Below, piece by piece: positions 37,069 to 49,397 of a stretch of DNA of 64,000 nucleotides; within the stretch, counting starts at the first letter, position 1; the number at the start of each line of letters is the position of its first letter. The stretch is from the NCBI RefSeq assembly GCF_028641065.1, contig NW_026576728.1, positions 1 through 64,000 of the forward strand, written 5' to 3'. The stretch comes from Leucoraja erinacea (lineage: Eukaryota). Made by a program: the position numbers and the translations under genes. The notes under the pieces are model-generated. The model did not search any database. It was not told the origin of the DNA and saw nothing but the letters and a program-made list of their open reading frames with translations.

Positions 37069-37891
37069 ATAGTCTTCCATTTTCTCTTATTTAAGCCATC
37101 TCTCATTGTCTGTTCTCTCATGAAAACTGTTGCAGGCACCTGTGAATCCTGTGCGGCTTCATCTGATCACATTTTACTTTTCCCCATTTCACTACCCTCA
37201 GCCCCAAATCACCACAGATGAATACGTTCTCTGGCAAGATGCTGCGATTTGATGAATAGGAGACAGATGCAGTGATTTTTCTACCAGGACAAGTGAAGAT
37301 CAACGGACAAAATAAAAAATAAGTGAAAATTTTTTAGCTCAAGAGGTCTGGGTCACAAGTAGAAATTATCTTACAGTATAGGCAGATTTAACTAAATTAG
37401 TTCCACCTTCTTGGGTACACTGCTGCACAGGTTCACCAGGTAAATATTAAGGCTAAAAAACAATCACGAGTACAAAATGTACAGATTTGATTTGCACTCC
37501 TGCAGGTACAAAAGATTAATGAATTATTATGTTGTTGTGTTGTGTTGTGTTCTTTTTGGCCGTATGGTAACTCAAATCTCACTGTACCAATTGGTGCATG
37601 TGACAATAAATGCAACTTGAACTTGAACCCTAACCATCAGAATCCAAATCGCTTCAAACATCAGGTATTATCACAACGTTTAGCAGGTACTATAGTAACA
37701 TTTAAGAAACATTTAGACAGGTACATGGATAGGACAGGTTTAGAGAGATATGGGCCAAAGGCAGGCATGTTAGTCAGTGTGGGCAGGTTGGGCCAAGGGC
37801 CAGTTTCCATGCTGTATGATTCGATGAAAATATAATTACATTTTTTAACATCTGGTGTTGATTTCCAATGTGATCCCCATCTTATTTCCAG

Positions 37892-38000
37892 TCTGCCATT
37901 AATGCAAAACCTGGAGATTTGATTGAAATACGTCGAACACTTAGGTATAAACACTGGGCCATCTACATTGGACATGGAGATGTCGTACATTTAACTTCAG
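37892..38000 (+). CDS. PLAAT copy C exon 2
   Basis: [36 protein letters not shown]. Confidence 0.8.
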
Positions 38001-38128
38001 GTAAAAGCTGTTCACTTTTTTTCTCGTATTTAACATGTTTTGCATTGTAGACTTCTCTGTCCACATGCAATTCAACCCACACCAGGGATACTATCAGATG
38101 ATAAAAGACCATTTAATATCTATTCTAG

Positions 38129-38394
38129 ATGGTGCAAGTGGAGATATGAGTACTCGATTCTCTAGGTCGGAAGAGATTGCTGTGATTAAGAGGGAGCCTC
38201 TCGCTGACGTAGCTGGCAATGATTCCTGGAAAGTCAACAATAGATCGGACATAATATGGAATCCATTACCCGTTGACAAGATAATAAAAAAGGCTAAAAA
38301 AAAGATTGGATGGAAAGTGCATTACAATGTACTAAATTCAAACTGTGAACACTTTGTTAATTCACTTCGGTATGGTATAGAGATATCATTTCAG
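38129..38394 (+). CDS. PLAAT copy C exon 3
   Basis: DGASGDMSTRF...[20 protein letters not shown]|gtaagt. Confidence 0.82.
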
Positions 38395-39813
38395 GTAAGT
38401 ACAGTATATAATCTGTGAATCTGTGGCATTCTCTGCCACAGAAGGTAGTTGAGGCCAGTTCATTGGCTATATTTAAGAGGGAATTAGATGTGGCCCTTGT
38501 GGCTAAAGGGATCAGGGGGTATGGAGAGAAGGCAGGGATGGGATACTGAGTTGGATGATCAGCCATGATCATATCGAATGACGGTGCACGCTCGAAGGGC
38601 CGAATGGCCTACTCCTGCACCTATTTTCTATGTTTCTATAACGTGGACATAAAGTAATTGTTCTTTGAGATTGCTTTGGGGCCTGGTCCTCCAGCTAATG
38701 ATGGTACAAGGGTGTTATATGTATCCAATGCCTCTACTTCCTTAGAAGTTTGGCATGTCCCCTACAACTCTCATCAACTTCTATAGATGCACCATAGAAA
38801 GTATTTTACCAGGATGCATCACATCTTGGTTTGGGAACAGCTCCATCCAAGACCGCAAGAAATTGCAGCAAATTGTGGAGGCAACTCAGACCATCAGACA
38901 AACCAACCTCCCTTCTATTGACTCCATTTATACCTCACGCTGCCTCTGCAAGGCCATTACAGCATAATCAAGGACCGGTCTCACCCCCGTCACACCCTCT
39001 TCTCCCCTCTCTCATTGGGCAAGAGGTACAGAAGTGTGAAAACGCACACCTCCAGATTCAGGGACAGTTTCTTCCCGGCTGTTATCAGGCAACTGAAGCA
39101 TCCTACCACAACCAGAGAGCAGTGCTGAATTTCTATCTACCTCATTGGTGACCCTTGATAGGACTCTGCTGGCTTTACCTTGCACTAAACGATATTCCCT
39201 TATTGTGTATTTGTACACTGTGAATGGCTCGATTGTAATCTGCTGACTGGATAGCACTATACAAAAAGCTTTTCACACTGCCTCTGTACATGTGACAATA
39301 AACTGAACTAATGTTTACTGGCTGGTTTATGTATATTAGGCCATGAGATCAAACTCACTCCACTGAGGTGGGGATTGGGGTAAAATTTAGACCAAAATAG
39401 AAATGCCGGCTGAGTCACACATTGAAGGGAAGGGGCGGCAAAGGCACAAGGGGCAGTCCCCAGAGGTCATGTCATTGATAACATCACTTCTTCTTGCATA
39501 TGGCATGTACAGCCTAAAGTTGTAGGTCAACTTGTTCTATTTGATGCCGGGTTGATTGCATTCGTTGACACAGGGCGGACCACATGAAGGTTACAATCTC
39601 CCACCCCGATGACATAACTTAGAATCACGGGTAGATAAAAATGCTGGAGAAATTCAGTGGGTCCTCGAGGCAGCATCTGTTGAGGGAAGGAAAAGGTGAC
39701 GTTTCGGGTCGAGAATCGGGTCGACAATTTTGGTTAGAATCGCAGAATCACTTGGAACATTTCTACTGTAGAATCCATTACTATACTTGAAAATATCTTT
39801 TTTTTCTCCACAG

Positions 39814-39957
39814 GTTATTAAAACATACTGCTTCTTTGGGGTAATGGCCATCATCAACCCTATTGCTGCTGTTGCTAGTGCTGCAGTTGGTGCCACCGCC
39901 ATTCTTAAAGGTTTGCCTTGTGCGAGCACATCATTGAAAAGCACAGCTAAAAAATAA
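39814..39957 (+). CDS. PLAAT copy C terminal exon (A-type tail with a single SLKST unit)
   Basis: VIKTYCFFGVMAIINPIAAVASAAVGATAILKGLPCASTSLKSTAKK*; ATTAAA at 39977. Confidence 0.75.
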   Translation, partial: VIKTYCFFGVMAIINPIAAVASAAVGATAILKGLPCASTSLKSTAKK

Positions 39958-41401
39958 CGGAGAGCGCTGAGTTTTTATTAAAGCATTAATCAACCCCATT
40001 GTTTGAGTCGATGTCATTGTTGAAATATTGGAACTTTTGTACAGTATGTTCCGCCATTCAATATGATCATGGCTGATCATCCAACTCAGTATCCCGTACC
40101 TGCCTTCTCTCCATACCCCCTGATCCCTTTAGCCACAAGGGCCACATCTAACTCCCTCTTAAATATAGCCAATGAACTGTGGCCTCAACTACCTTCTGTG
40201 GCAGAGAATTCCAGAGATTCACCACTCTCTGTGTGAAAAATGTTTTTCTCATCTCAACACATAATCCTCCGAAATTTCCGCCTCTTCCAACCAGCCACAT
40301 TTTCCCATCTCCACTCCTTTTCGACTTCCGCAGCTCTGGACCATTCCCTCTGCAACTCCCTGGTTAACTCATCCCTTCCGACCCAAACCACCCCCTTCCC
40401 CTGCAACCGCAGAAGATGCAACACCTGTCGCTATACCTCCTCCCTCGACTCTGTCCAGGGACCCCGATAGGTTATGTAGAGGTTCACCTGCACCTCCTCC
40501 AACCTCATCTACTGTGTCTCTAACCAAAGAGTCTTGTAGAGTCATACAGCATGGAAACATGCCCTTTGGCCCAACTCGTTCATACCTCATCTACACTAGT
40601 CCCATTTGTACGGGTTTGCCCATATCTCTGTGAAACGTTCCTATCCATCAACCTATCCAAGTGTCTTTGAAATATTGTTATAGTGCTCATTTACAAAACA
40701 GAAATAGGCCATTCAGCCCAACTCTGCTATGCTGACCAAGATTCCCTATCTACATCAATGTTGTCTGCTTTTACACTTAGTTTAGTTTATTATTGTCACG
40801 TTATTGTACTGATGGAGACTGACTAGCATTTGTTTGCGTGCTATTCAGTCAAAAGAAAGACTATGTATATATACAATTGTCATAGAGCCATACAGTGTAG
40901 AAACAGGCCCTTTTGCCCAACCTGCCCACACCGACCAACGTATCCCATCTACACTAGACCCACCTGCCTGCGTTTGGCCGATATCTCTCTAAACCAGTCC
41001 TGTCTATGTCTGAAGAAGGGTTTCGGCCCGAAACGTTGCCTATTTCCTTCGCTCCATAGATGCTGCTGCACCCGCTGAGTTTCTCCAGCTTTCTTGTGGA
41101 ACTGTCTATGCACATGTCTACTTGCATCCTAAATGTTGCGGTAGTCCCTGCCTTAACCACCGCATCCGACAGCTCGTTCCAGACACCCATCTATCTCCCT
41201 GAGCTTATGCCTAGACCACGGGATATTCAGCAGCCCCAAGTCGGCCGATCTGAGGGGCCTGGAGGTGGAGTGGTGGGTGAGAAGACTTTTAATGTAGGTG
41301 GGGGCAGGACAAGCCCATTGAGGGCTTTGTAGACATGGAGGAGGATCTTGAAGTTTATATGGAACAGCACAGGGAGCCAGTGGAGAGAGAGAGGCCAGGA
41401 T

Positions 41402-41935
41402 CATAGAAATATAGAAACATAGAAATTAGGTGCAGGAGTAGGCCATTCGGCCCTTCGAGCCTGCACCGCCATTTAATATGATCATGGCTGATCATCCAAC
41501 TCAGTATCCCGTACCTGCCTTTTCTCCATACCCTCTGATCCCCTTGGCCACAAGGGCCACATCTAACTCCCTCTTAAATATAGCCAATGAACTGGCCTCA
41601 ACTACCCTCTGTGGCAGAGAGTTCCAGAGATTCACCACTCTCTGTGTGAAAAAATGTTCTCCTCATCTCGGTTTTAAAGGATTTCCCCCTTATCCCTAAG
41701 CTGTGACCCCTTGTCCTGGACTTCCCCAACATCGGGAACAATCTTCCTGCATCTAGCCTGTCCAACCCCTTAAGAATTTTGTACGTTTCTATAAGATCCC
41801 CTCTCAATCTCCTAAATTCTAGAGAGTATAAACCGAGTCTATCCAGTCTTTCTTCATAAGACAGTCCTGACATCCCAGGAATCAGTCTGGTGAACCGTCT
41901 CTGCACTCCCTCTATGGCAATAATGTCCTTCCTCA
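41402..41935 (-). mobile_element. CR1 (HER1-like) LINE 3' fragment
   Basis: [16 protein letters not shown]...[16 protein letters not shown]. Confidence 0.9.
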
Positions 41936-42029
41936 TCGGGGCGATGTGGTGCTCGTCAGAATGGAAGATATGTTTTATCTCTTATCTATAGACACATCTC
42001 TTTATATACTATTTAAATGATCATAAATC

Positions 42030-42400
42030 TACCTTCTCTGGGCTTGAGTCTTCGTGAGACGAGGCGAGACGAGGCCGCGCTTTTACCTCACAGCAGCGGG
42101 CGCCCGCTCTCGACGTTTTGGCGGCAAAGCATCGGCGCACGCGGGGTTTCCCACCCCAAACCCCCCCCCCCCCCTCCCATTCCACGCAAGCGCAGTGCTG
42201 CTGGCGGCGCCGGCGGGTGGCGGCCGCGGTGCCGGCTGCTGATTGTGCGCACGCGCGGTGCCGGCGGATGCGGTTGGGAGCGCGCGCGGGGTGCCGGCAG
42301 CGGCAGTTGGGGCGCATGCGCGGGTGCGGTGGTGGAGACGACGACGACGACGACGACCACGACGACGACGCCATTAATTCACCTCATGAAAGGTAAAGAC
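42030..42400. promoter_or_regulatory. CpG island with NRF1-type GCGCATGCGC motif, (GAC)n run and a + strand splice donor
   Basis: Very CpG-dense; GCGCATGCGC near 42313; GAAAG|GTAAAG near 42392. Confidence 0.5.
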
Positions 42401-42464
42401 TGAGGGGGGGGGGGGGGGATGTTGGTTTATTCCATTGGCGCTTTGGTCAGATGAGACCAGTGGG

Positions 42465-42937
42465 GTCATTGCCCCCTCTCTCACAGCGCGGCGCTCCCTC
42501 ATTGCCCCCTCTCTCACAGTGCGGCGCTCCCTCATTGCCCCCTCTCTCACAGCGCGGCGCTCCCTCATTGAACCGTCTCACACAGCGCGGCGCTCCCTCA
42601 TTGACCCGTCTCACACAGCGCGGCGCTCCCTCATTACCTCACCGCCCCCTCTCTCACAGCGCGGCGCTCCCTCATTACCTCACCGCCCCCTCATTATCGC
42701 CCTCTCTCACAGCGTGGCGCTCCCTCATCGATCCCTCTCACAGCGCGGCGCTCCCTCATTACCCCCCCCCTCCCTCATTATCGCCCTCTCAAACAGCGCG
42801 ACGCTCCCTCATTACCTCACCGATCCCTCTCTCAAAGCGCGGCGCTCCCTCATTACAGACCGCCCCCTCTCTCAAAGCGCGGCGCTCCCTCATTACAGAC
42901 CGCCCTCTCTCACACAGCGCGGCGCTCCCTCATTACC
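42465..42937. repeat. GC-rich minisatellite (~31-45 bp units, core TCTCACAGCGCGGCGCTCCCTCATT)
   Basis: About 12 units by eye. Confidence 0.9.
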
Positions 42938-42994
42938 TTCAAGGGATGATACCGGGTCCTGACCCAGTCTCTCAGATCAATGGCACCTCCTTAT

Positions 42995-43490
42995 TCATAC
43001 CATTGTCTGAAGAATATTGTCTTCATCAATACTCGTACCGTTATCTGAAGAATATTGTCTTCATCAATACATACCGTTGTCTGAAGAATATTTTCATCAA
43101 CTCATACTGTTATCTGAAGAATATTGTCTTCATCAATACATACCATTGTCTGAAGAATATTTTCATCAATACTCATACCATTATCTGAAGAATATTTTCA
43201 TCAATATTACCATACTGTTATCTGGAGAATATTGTCTTCATCAATACTCATACCATTGTCTGAAGAATATTGTCTTCATCAATACTCGTACCATTATCTG
43301 AAGAATATTTTGATCAATATTCATACCGTTATCAGAAGAATATTGTCTTCATCAATACTCATACTATTGTCTGAAGAATATTGTCTTCATCAATAATACT
43401 ATTGTCTGAAGAATATTGTCTTCATCAATACTCGTACCGTTATCAGAAGAATATTGTCTTCATCAATACTCGTACTATTGTCTGAAGAAG
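42995..43490. repeat. AT-rich minisatellite (~36-39 bp units, core TCTGAAGAATATTGTCTTCATCAATAC)
   Basis: About 13 units by eye; ends in a hammerhead-type motif. Confidence 0.9.
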
Positions 43491-44534
43491 GGTCTCGACC
43501 CGAACGTCACCCATTGCCAAAAGCAGCTTTATTGTACCTGTAGTAGATCCACTCAATAACCAAAACTCTGTAGCCTCCTTTTGTTCTGGTATTTTACTTA
43601 ATGCACTTGTTTAATCGATAATGTTTAATTATTAATGTTTTATGTGTTATTCCTGTCACCGTATGTCGTGTTGTTACCTACGGGCGGAGCACCAAGGCAA
43701 ATTCCTTGTATGTGAATACTTGGCCAATAAACTTATTCATTCTTCATTCCTTCTTCATCTTATTGGGAGATTGCAACCTTCACGTGGTCATCCCTGTGTC
43801 AACGAATGCAATCAACCCGGCGTGCACAATCACATAAGATCAAATAGAACAAGTTGTCCTACAACTTTAGGCTGCACGCCACACGCAAGAAGAATAATCC
43901 ATCACTAAAGTCCAGGGTGTGTTGGCCATTACTCAACTTCAGAACCCATGCACACATTTACTCCACACAGGGACCCCACCAGGTTCAACACCTTCAGGCT
44001 GTTGAACGCCACACAACACTAACCTCAGAAACTCAGACAGCATAAAGTGTTTAAGAAGGAACTGCAGATGCTGGAAAATCGAAGGTAGACAAAAATGCTG
44101 GAGAAACTCAGTGGGTGCAGCAGCATCTATGGAGCGAATGAAATAGGCAACGTTTCGGGCCGAAACGTTGCCTATTTCCTTCGCTCCATAGATGCTGCTG
44201 CACCCGCTGAGTTTCTCCAGCGTTTTTGTCTACCTCAGACAGCATAAAACTGTGTTAAAATGTGTTAATTGTGTGGGTTTTTTTTGCTGTCATGACTCCA
44301 GGAATGAAATTTTGTTAAACCTTTGCTTGAATGACAATAAAGGATATTCTATTCTCCATTCTAGCATCACTGGAGATAAGGAATAGGTAACGTTTCGTGT
44401 CAAGACCCTTCTTCAGACTTTATTGTGTGTTATTGCGTTCATGGGCGTGTTACACCGCAGCAAGTAAGAATTTCATTGTTCCGTTAAACATGGCAATTAA
44501 ACATTCTTGACTTGATTCTTGTGTCCAGGAAATC

Positions 44535-44870
44535 TGGGGCAGCACAGAGGAGCAATGGTAAAATTGTTGCCGTACAGCATCAGAGACCCGGGTTCAATCC
44601 TGAATACGGGTACGGAGTTTGTACATTCTACCTGTGACCATGCGGGTTTTCCCCGAGTGCTTTGGTTTTCCCACACACTCCAAAAACGTGCAGGTTTATT
44701 GACTTTGGTAAAATTGTGTATAGGATTGGTGTAAATGTAAATTTGTCCCTAGTGTGTGTGTGTGTGTGTGTGTGTAGGGTAGTGTTTATGTGCGGGGATT
44801 GTTGGTTGGCACCGACTCGGTGGGCCGAAGGGCCTGTTTCCGCACTGAATCTCTAAATTAAACTAAAAGA
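44535..44870 (+). mobile_element. tRNA-derived V-SINE-like element; similar copy at ~55770-56065
   Basis: A/B-box-like head (GGTTCAATCC), GGAGTTTGTACATTCT core, (CTAAA)n tail. Confidence 0.7.
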
Positions 44871-47800
44871 GTCGGGGAATCGAGAACCAGAGGACATAGG
44901 GTTAAGGTGAAGAGATAAAGATTTAATAGGAATCTGAGGGGTGTATGGAACGAGCTGCCGGAGGAGGTAGTTGAGGCTGGGACTATCCCAACGTTTAAGA
45001 AACAGTTAGACAGGTACATGGATAGGACAGGTTAGACAATAGACACTAAGTGCAGTAGACCATTTGGCCCTTCAATGTGATCATGGCTGATCATCCAACT
45101 CAGTATCCCATCCCTGCCTTCTCTCCATACCCCCTGATCCTTTTAGCCACAAGGGCCACATCTAACTCCCTCTTAAATATAGCCAATGAACTGGCCTCAA
45201 CTACCTTCTGTGGCAGTGAATTCCACAGATTCACCACTCTGTGTGAAAAATGTTTTCCTCATCTCGGTCCTAAAATATTTCCCCCTTCTGTTCCTGCCTT
45301 CTCCCCATATCTTTAAGAGCCCTATCTAGCTATCTCTTGAATAATGCTATTGCACTGGGTGATTGCTGGTCAGCCTGGCCTCGGTGGGCTGTAGGGTCTG
45401 TTTCCGTGCTGTATCTGTAGTTTTTAAAAAAATGGATGAATTGAATCATTGCAACGGATCGAATGACCGTGATGCCCTGGCTTTGACTGGTGTATGTCAG
45501 GAAGCATTTGACGCACCAACCTGCAATAGAATAGAGTGACTCAACAGTCATTCATACTTAGCAGGATTTTATTTGGATAGAAAAAAATTGAAATACTTTA
45601 TATACTGAAGCAAAAGACACAGAAATGAGACCCTCACTGACGAAACACGCCTCAGACACGCACTCTCCGCGCACATAACAGACCTGCTGTTAATAGCTTA
45701 ACGGAGGCAAGGACGGAGAAAGCACAAAAAATTACACAGAGACACTTGTACACTGTTCCCGAGGAATCAAAGGGAGAATGGAAGCACATTTAATGGAAAT
45801 TTACAAAATGTAACTAATAAATACTCGAGGAAGAACGGTAAAGACTGTGGCAAAGAGGCTATTTGGAGAGCTCTTTGAAACAGCTGGCACAGAGATGATG
45901 GGTTGAATGGCCTTCTGCACTGGAAAGTGCTCTGAAGTCATAAATATCTTCTGCTAGTTATGTCCAACTGATGCTCTCAAGGAGTCTCGTATAATTCTGG
46001 AGTAACTCAGCGGGTCAGGCAGCATCTCTGGAGGCAACATTTTGGGTGGGGGATGTTCTGTCAGGGTCTGAAGAGGATTCCCGACCTGAACTGTCACCTC
46101 TCCATGTCACGGACCGACGAAAGACCCTTACTCGGAATATCTCCTATTCTTGTCATGTTATGAGGAATGGTGGAAATAGATAGCTGACATTTTGGAATGG
46201 TCCCAATCCAAAATGTCAGCTATCTATTTCCACCAGAGGTACTGCTTGACCTGCTGAGTTACTCAAGATTCCAGCATCTGCAGTTCCATGTGTCTCCCCT
46301 TGTAATTGTGCTTGCTATGTCGGAAGGAAGACTAAACAGATCCTGTGCATCTCAGCGCACCAACTCTCAGAAGTACCAACCCTAATCACAGCATGGATTC
46401 CAGAGGTTTGGCAATGAAGGGGTTCTTTATCAAGGAGACACTGAATGTCTGTCTGCTCACCGGCAGGCCTCAGGACTAATCCAGAATCCACTCTTTCCTC
46501 TAACAGACGCATAGAATACGTCCTGTTGCTAGTGGGGTCTGGTGAAGAGTCCCAGCCCGAGACGTTGCCTATCCATGTTCTCCAGTGATGTTGCCTGACC
46601 ACCACTTTGTGTCGTTGTTTCAACAGTGGATTACGCCTTGCTGAACACCCTAAGTAAAAGAAAAGCAGGCCATCATCATCTGTTGGCATCTGAAGAAGTG
46701 GCGACCTGATACGTCGCCTGTTCACTCCCTCCACAGATGCTGCCTGACCCGCTGGGTTCCACCAGCGCTTTGTATTGTGCTCAAGATTCCGGCATTTGCC
46801 TTTTCTGATCATTTGTTAATATGCTTGCGCATTCAATTGCTCACCATTCTTTGAACTAACTTTTATAAATCTGCTTTTAAAAAACAATTTTTTTTTTCTC
46901 CATAATGCAGATATTCACACACCAGTCCTCGAGGATCGAACAGTGCAGTGACTTCTGTCTGATTGCCTTACCCTCAATGGCAATAGGCTACCAGGCCCAA
47001 AGCAAGATGGATCCTGTTTCTTCATTGAACAGTAGTAACTTGCTGTTTTGGCGGCTCTCCTCTCAATGATCCCAAGAGGGATAGTCCAGTAACATGGCCT
47101 TTACTCCATTTGTTATGATCTAGCGTGTAGCAAAATGTCACTCACAGTACACACACACACACACACACGCACGTGTTCAACACAAGGACAAAATTCACTA
47201 TTTACAACATGGAGCAATAACGTTACCTGGAACACAAAACTTTGGGTGCAGCAGGAAATAGAGAGGAAGGGCATCATCTGACAGGCTCAGGATCTGCTCT
47301 CTCCCCTCTCCTCAACATTTGTCATCCATCCTCTGTACTGTGGCTCCCATTCTCGTAACACACCACACACACACACACACACCAAACACACGTTCAACAT
47401 CTTGGGATTTTTCTACCCTGAAGCAGAGGAGGCTGAAGAGTGACCTTAGAACGTGGGACAGTACAGCACAAGAACAGGCCCTTTAGCCCACAAGATACTA
47501 TATCTACCTGCGCACAATCCGTATCTGTCCACACCCCGCATTTCCACAGGGTACACGCACACCAAAAGCCCCAATCTTATCTGCCTCCTTCACCAACCCT
47601 GGTAGCATTTTCCAGGCACTAGTCACCCTTGCTAATACCTGACCTGACAGAGGTATAGAAAATAATGAGGGATATAGATAAAGTGAATGGTCACAGTGGT
47701 TTACCCCAGTCAGGAAGTCTAAAACTAGAGAGCATATGTTTAAGGTGGATAAAAATGCTGGACAAACTCAGCGGGTGAGGCAGCATCTAAGGAGAGTAGG

Positions 47801-49278
47801 AATGGGTGACGTTTCGGGTCGGGACCCTTCTTCATCTATGGAGAGAAGGAATGGGTGATGTTTCAGGAAGGGTCTCGACCCGAAACATCGCCAATTCCTT
47901 CTCCCCATAGAGGCTGCCTCACCCGCTGAGTTTCTCCAGCATTTTGTGTCTACCTTCAATTTATCCAGCATCTGCAGTTCTTTCGTAAACGAAAATCGTT
48001 TTCGTGCAGCCCACAGCTAACAATGGCCTGTTTCCTTTATCCCTTAGAAGAAGGGTCTCGACCCGAAACGTCGCCAATTCCTTCTCTCCATAGATGCTGC
48101 CTCACCCGCTGAGTTTCTCCAGCATTTTTGTCCATCTTCGATTTTTCCAGCATCTGCAGTTCCTTCTTACACATTACTGATATCTCATTTACCCAATTGA
48201 ATCTTTCACCCATTTACGGAGTTGGATGTAGAATAACAACACCCCCTCTTACACTATCCCATCACTTCACTTCCAGGGTACGATCGAACACGGAGTGAAG
48301 CTTCCTTAATAATGTCTCATCACACACTCCCCAGACATCACACACACACACAGGGTGAAGCTCCCTCTACGCCATCCCATCACACTCTCCCAGCGTCAGA
48401 CACACAGTGAAGCTCCCTCTACACCAAGTATAACCAACCGTGCACTGCTGAGGTAGGGTCAGGCCACAGTGGACACCGAGCGTTACTCCCTCGATACTGG
48501 CCTCACCCAGAGAAGGGCCAGCGTGGGTTAGATGAAGGGTAAAGATTACAATAGGGTGCAGGAAGAAATTGGGTATGCTGGTGGAGAGGAGTGGTGGTGG
48601 GGAAGACTCGAGCTGTTGCACCTGGAAATAAGATGCCTTCTGCAGCATCGTGCAAGGAAGGGACAGGGAAAGAAGAGGAGGTGATTCCTGCTTGCACCTT
48701 CACAGCAATATCTGGACAGTGTCACAGTTTAGGGAGTGGGTGGTGGGGCAAAACAGATGGTGGGATCACCAAACAGGGCCCTACACAGACAGGAGACAGA
48801 CAGACAGGGGATGCGCCAGACACAAACGGTATGACACAGACAGTATGACGTAGACGGGGTAAGACACAGACAGGGGTAGGAGGCAGACACAGACGGTACA
48901 AGGCAGACAGACAGGATACGAGGCAGACACACGTACAAGGCAGACAGACAGGATACGAGGCAGACACAGACGTACAAGGCAGACAGACAGGATACGAGGC
49001 AGATAGTACGGTACAGACGACACGGTACAGACAGGATACATTGCAGATACAAACAGAAGACGTAGATAGGGAGACGACACAGACACACACACAAACGCAC
49101 TATGAGTATAAAAGCTGCTCCTCTACACAGCTCGCCAGCTATGACGTTCCTCTCAAGAAACAGCCAGCGTTGCATCTCGGTTCTAGTTTCCAGTCGGATG
49201 TGCACTCCCGGCAGCTGGGAGTTTGCAGAGCAGACGTGGTCCTGAGCACCTTGCAGCCGTCCGTCCCTCTGCGCTGAG

Positions 49279-49397
49279 CTAGCAGCCGGACTTGCTGTAG
49301 GAGAAGAGTCCGATGGGGAAGTGCTTGACGTGAGTTGGCCACTGGGCAGCAAGCTGGAAAAACTTCACATCGTTCCAATCCAGCCCATCAATGGAGA
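49279..49397 (-). CDS. PACS1: PACS1 last coding exon
   Basis: [39 protein letters not shown]. Confidence 0.93.

Larger units (their letters stand above)
34875..39957 (+). pseudogene. PLAAT-family copy C with lost start codon (ATG>AGG); exons 34875-34889, 37892-38000, 38129-38394, 39814-39957 otherwise open
   Basis: caccAGGaaccatcgaaag|gt against aacATGaaccatcgaaag|gt in B1. In-frame TAA upstream at 34839. The downstream exons are intact. Confidence 0.6.

Noticed and set aside
42435-43301. ORFs of 175 and 245 aa with repeated peptides
   Set aside because: Translations of two minisatellites.
42995-43490. CRISPR-like array of ~38-bp palindromic repeats
   Set aside because: No unique spacers, no cas genes, vertebrate context. 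It is a minisatellite.
45421-45540. Possible second exon for the CpG-island donor (MKVFKKMDELNHC...)
   Set aside because: The acceptor is the tail of a SINE-like repeat and the peptide has no recognisable homology.
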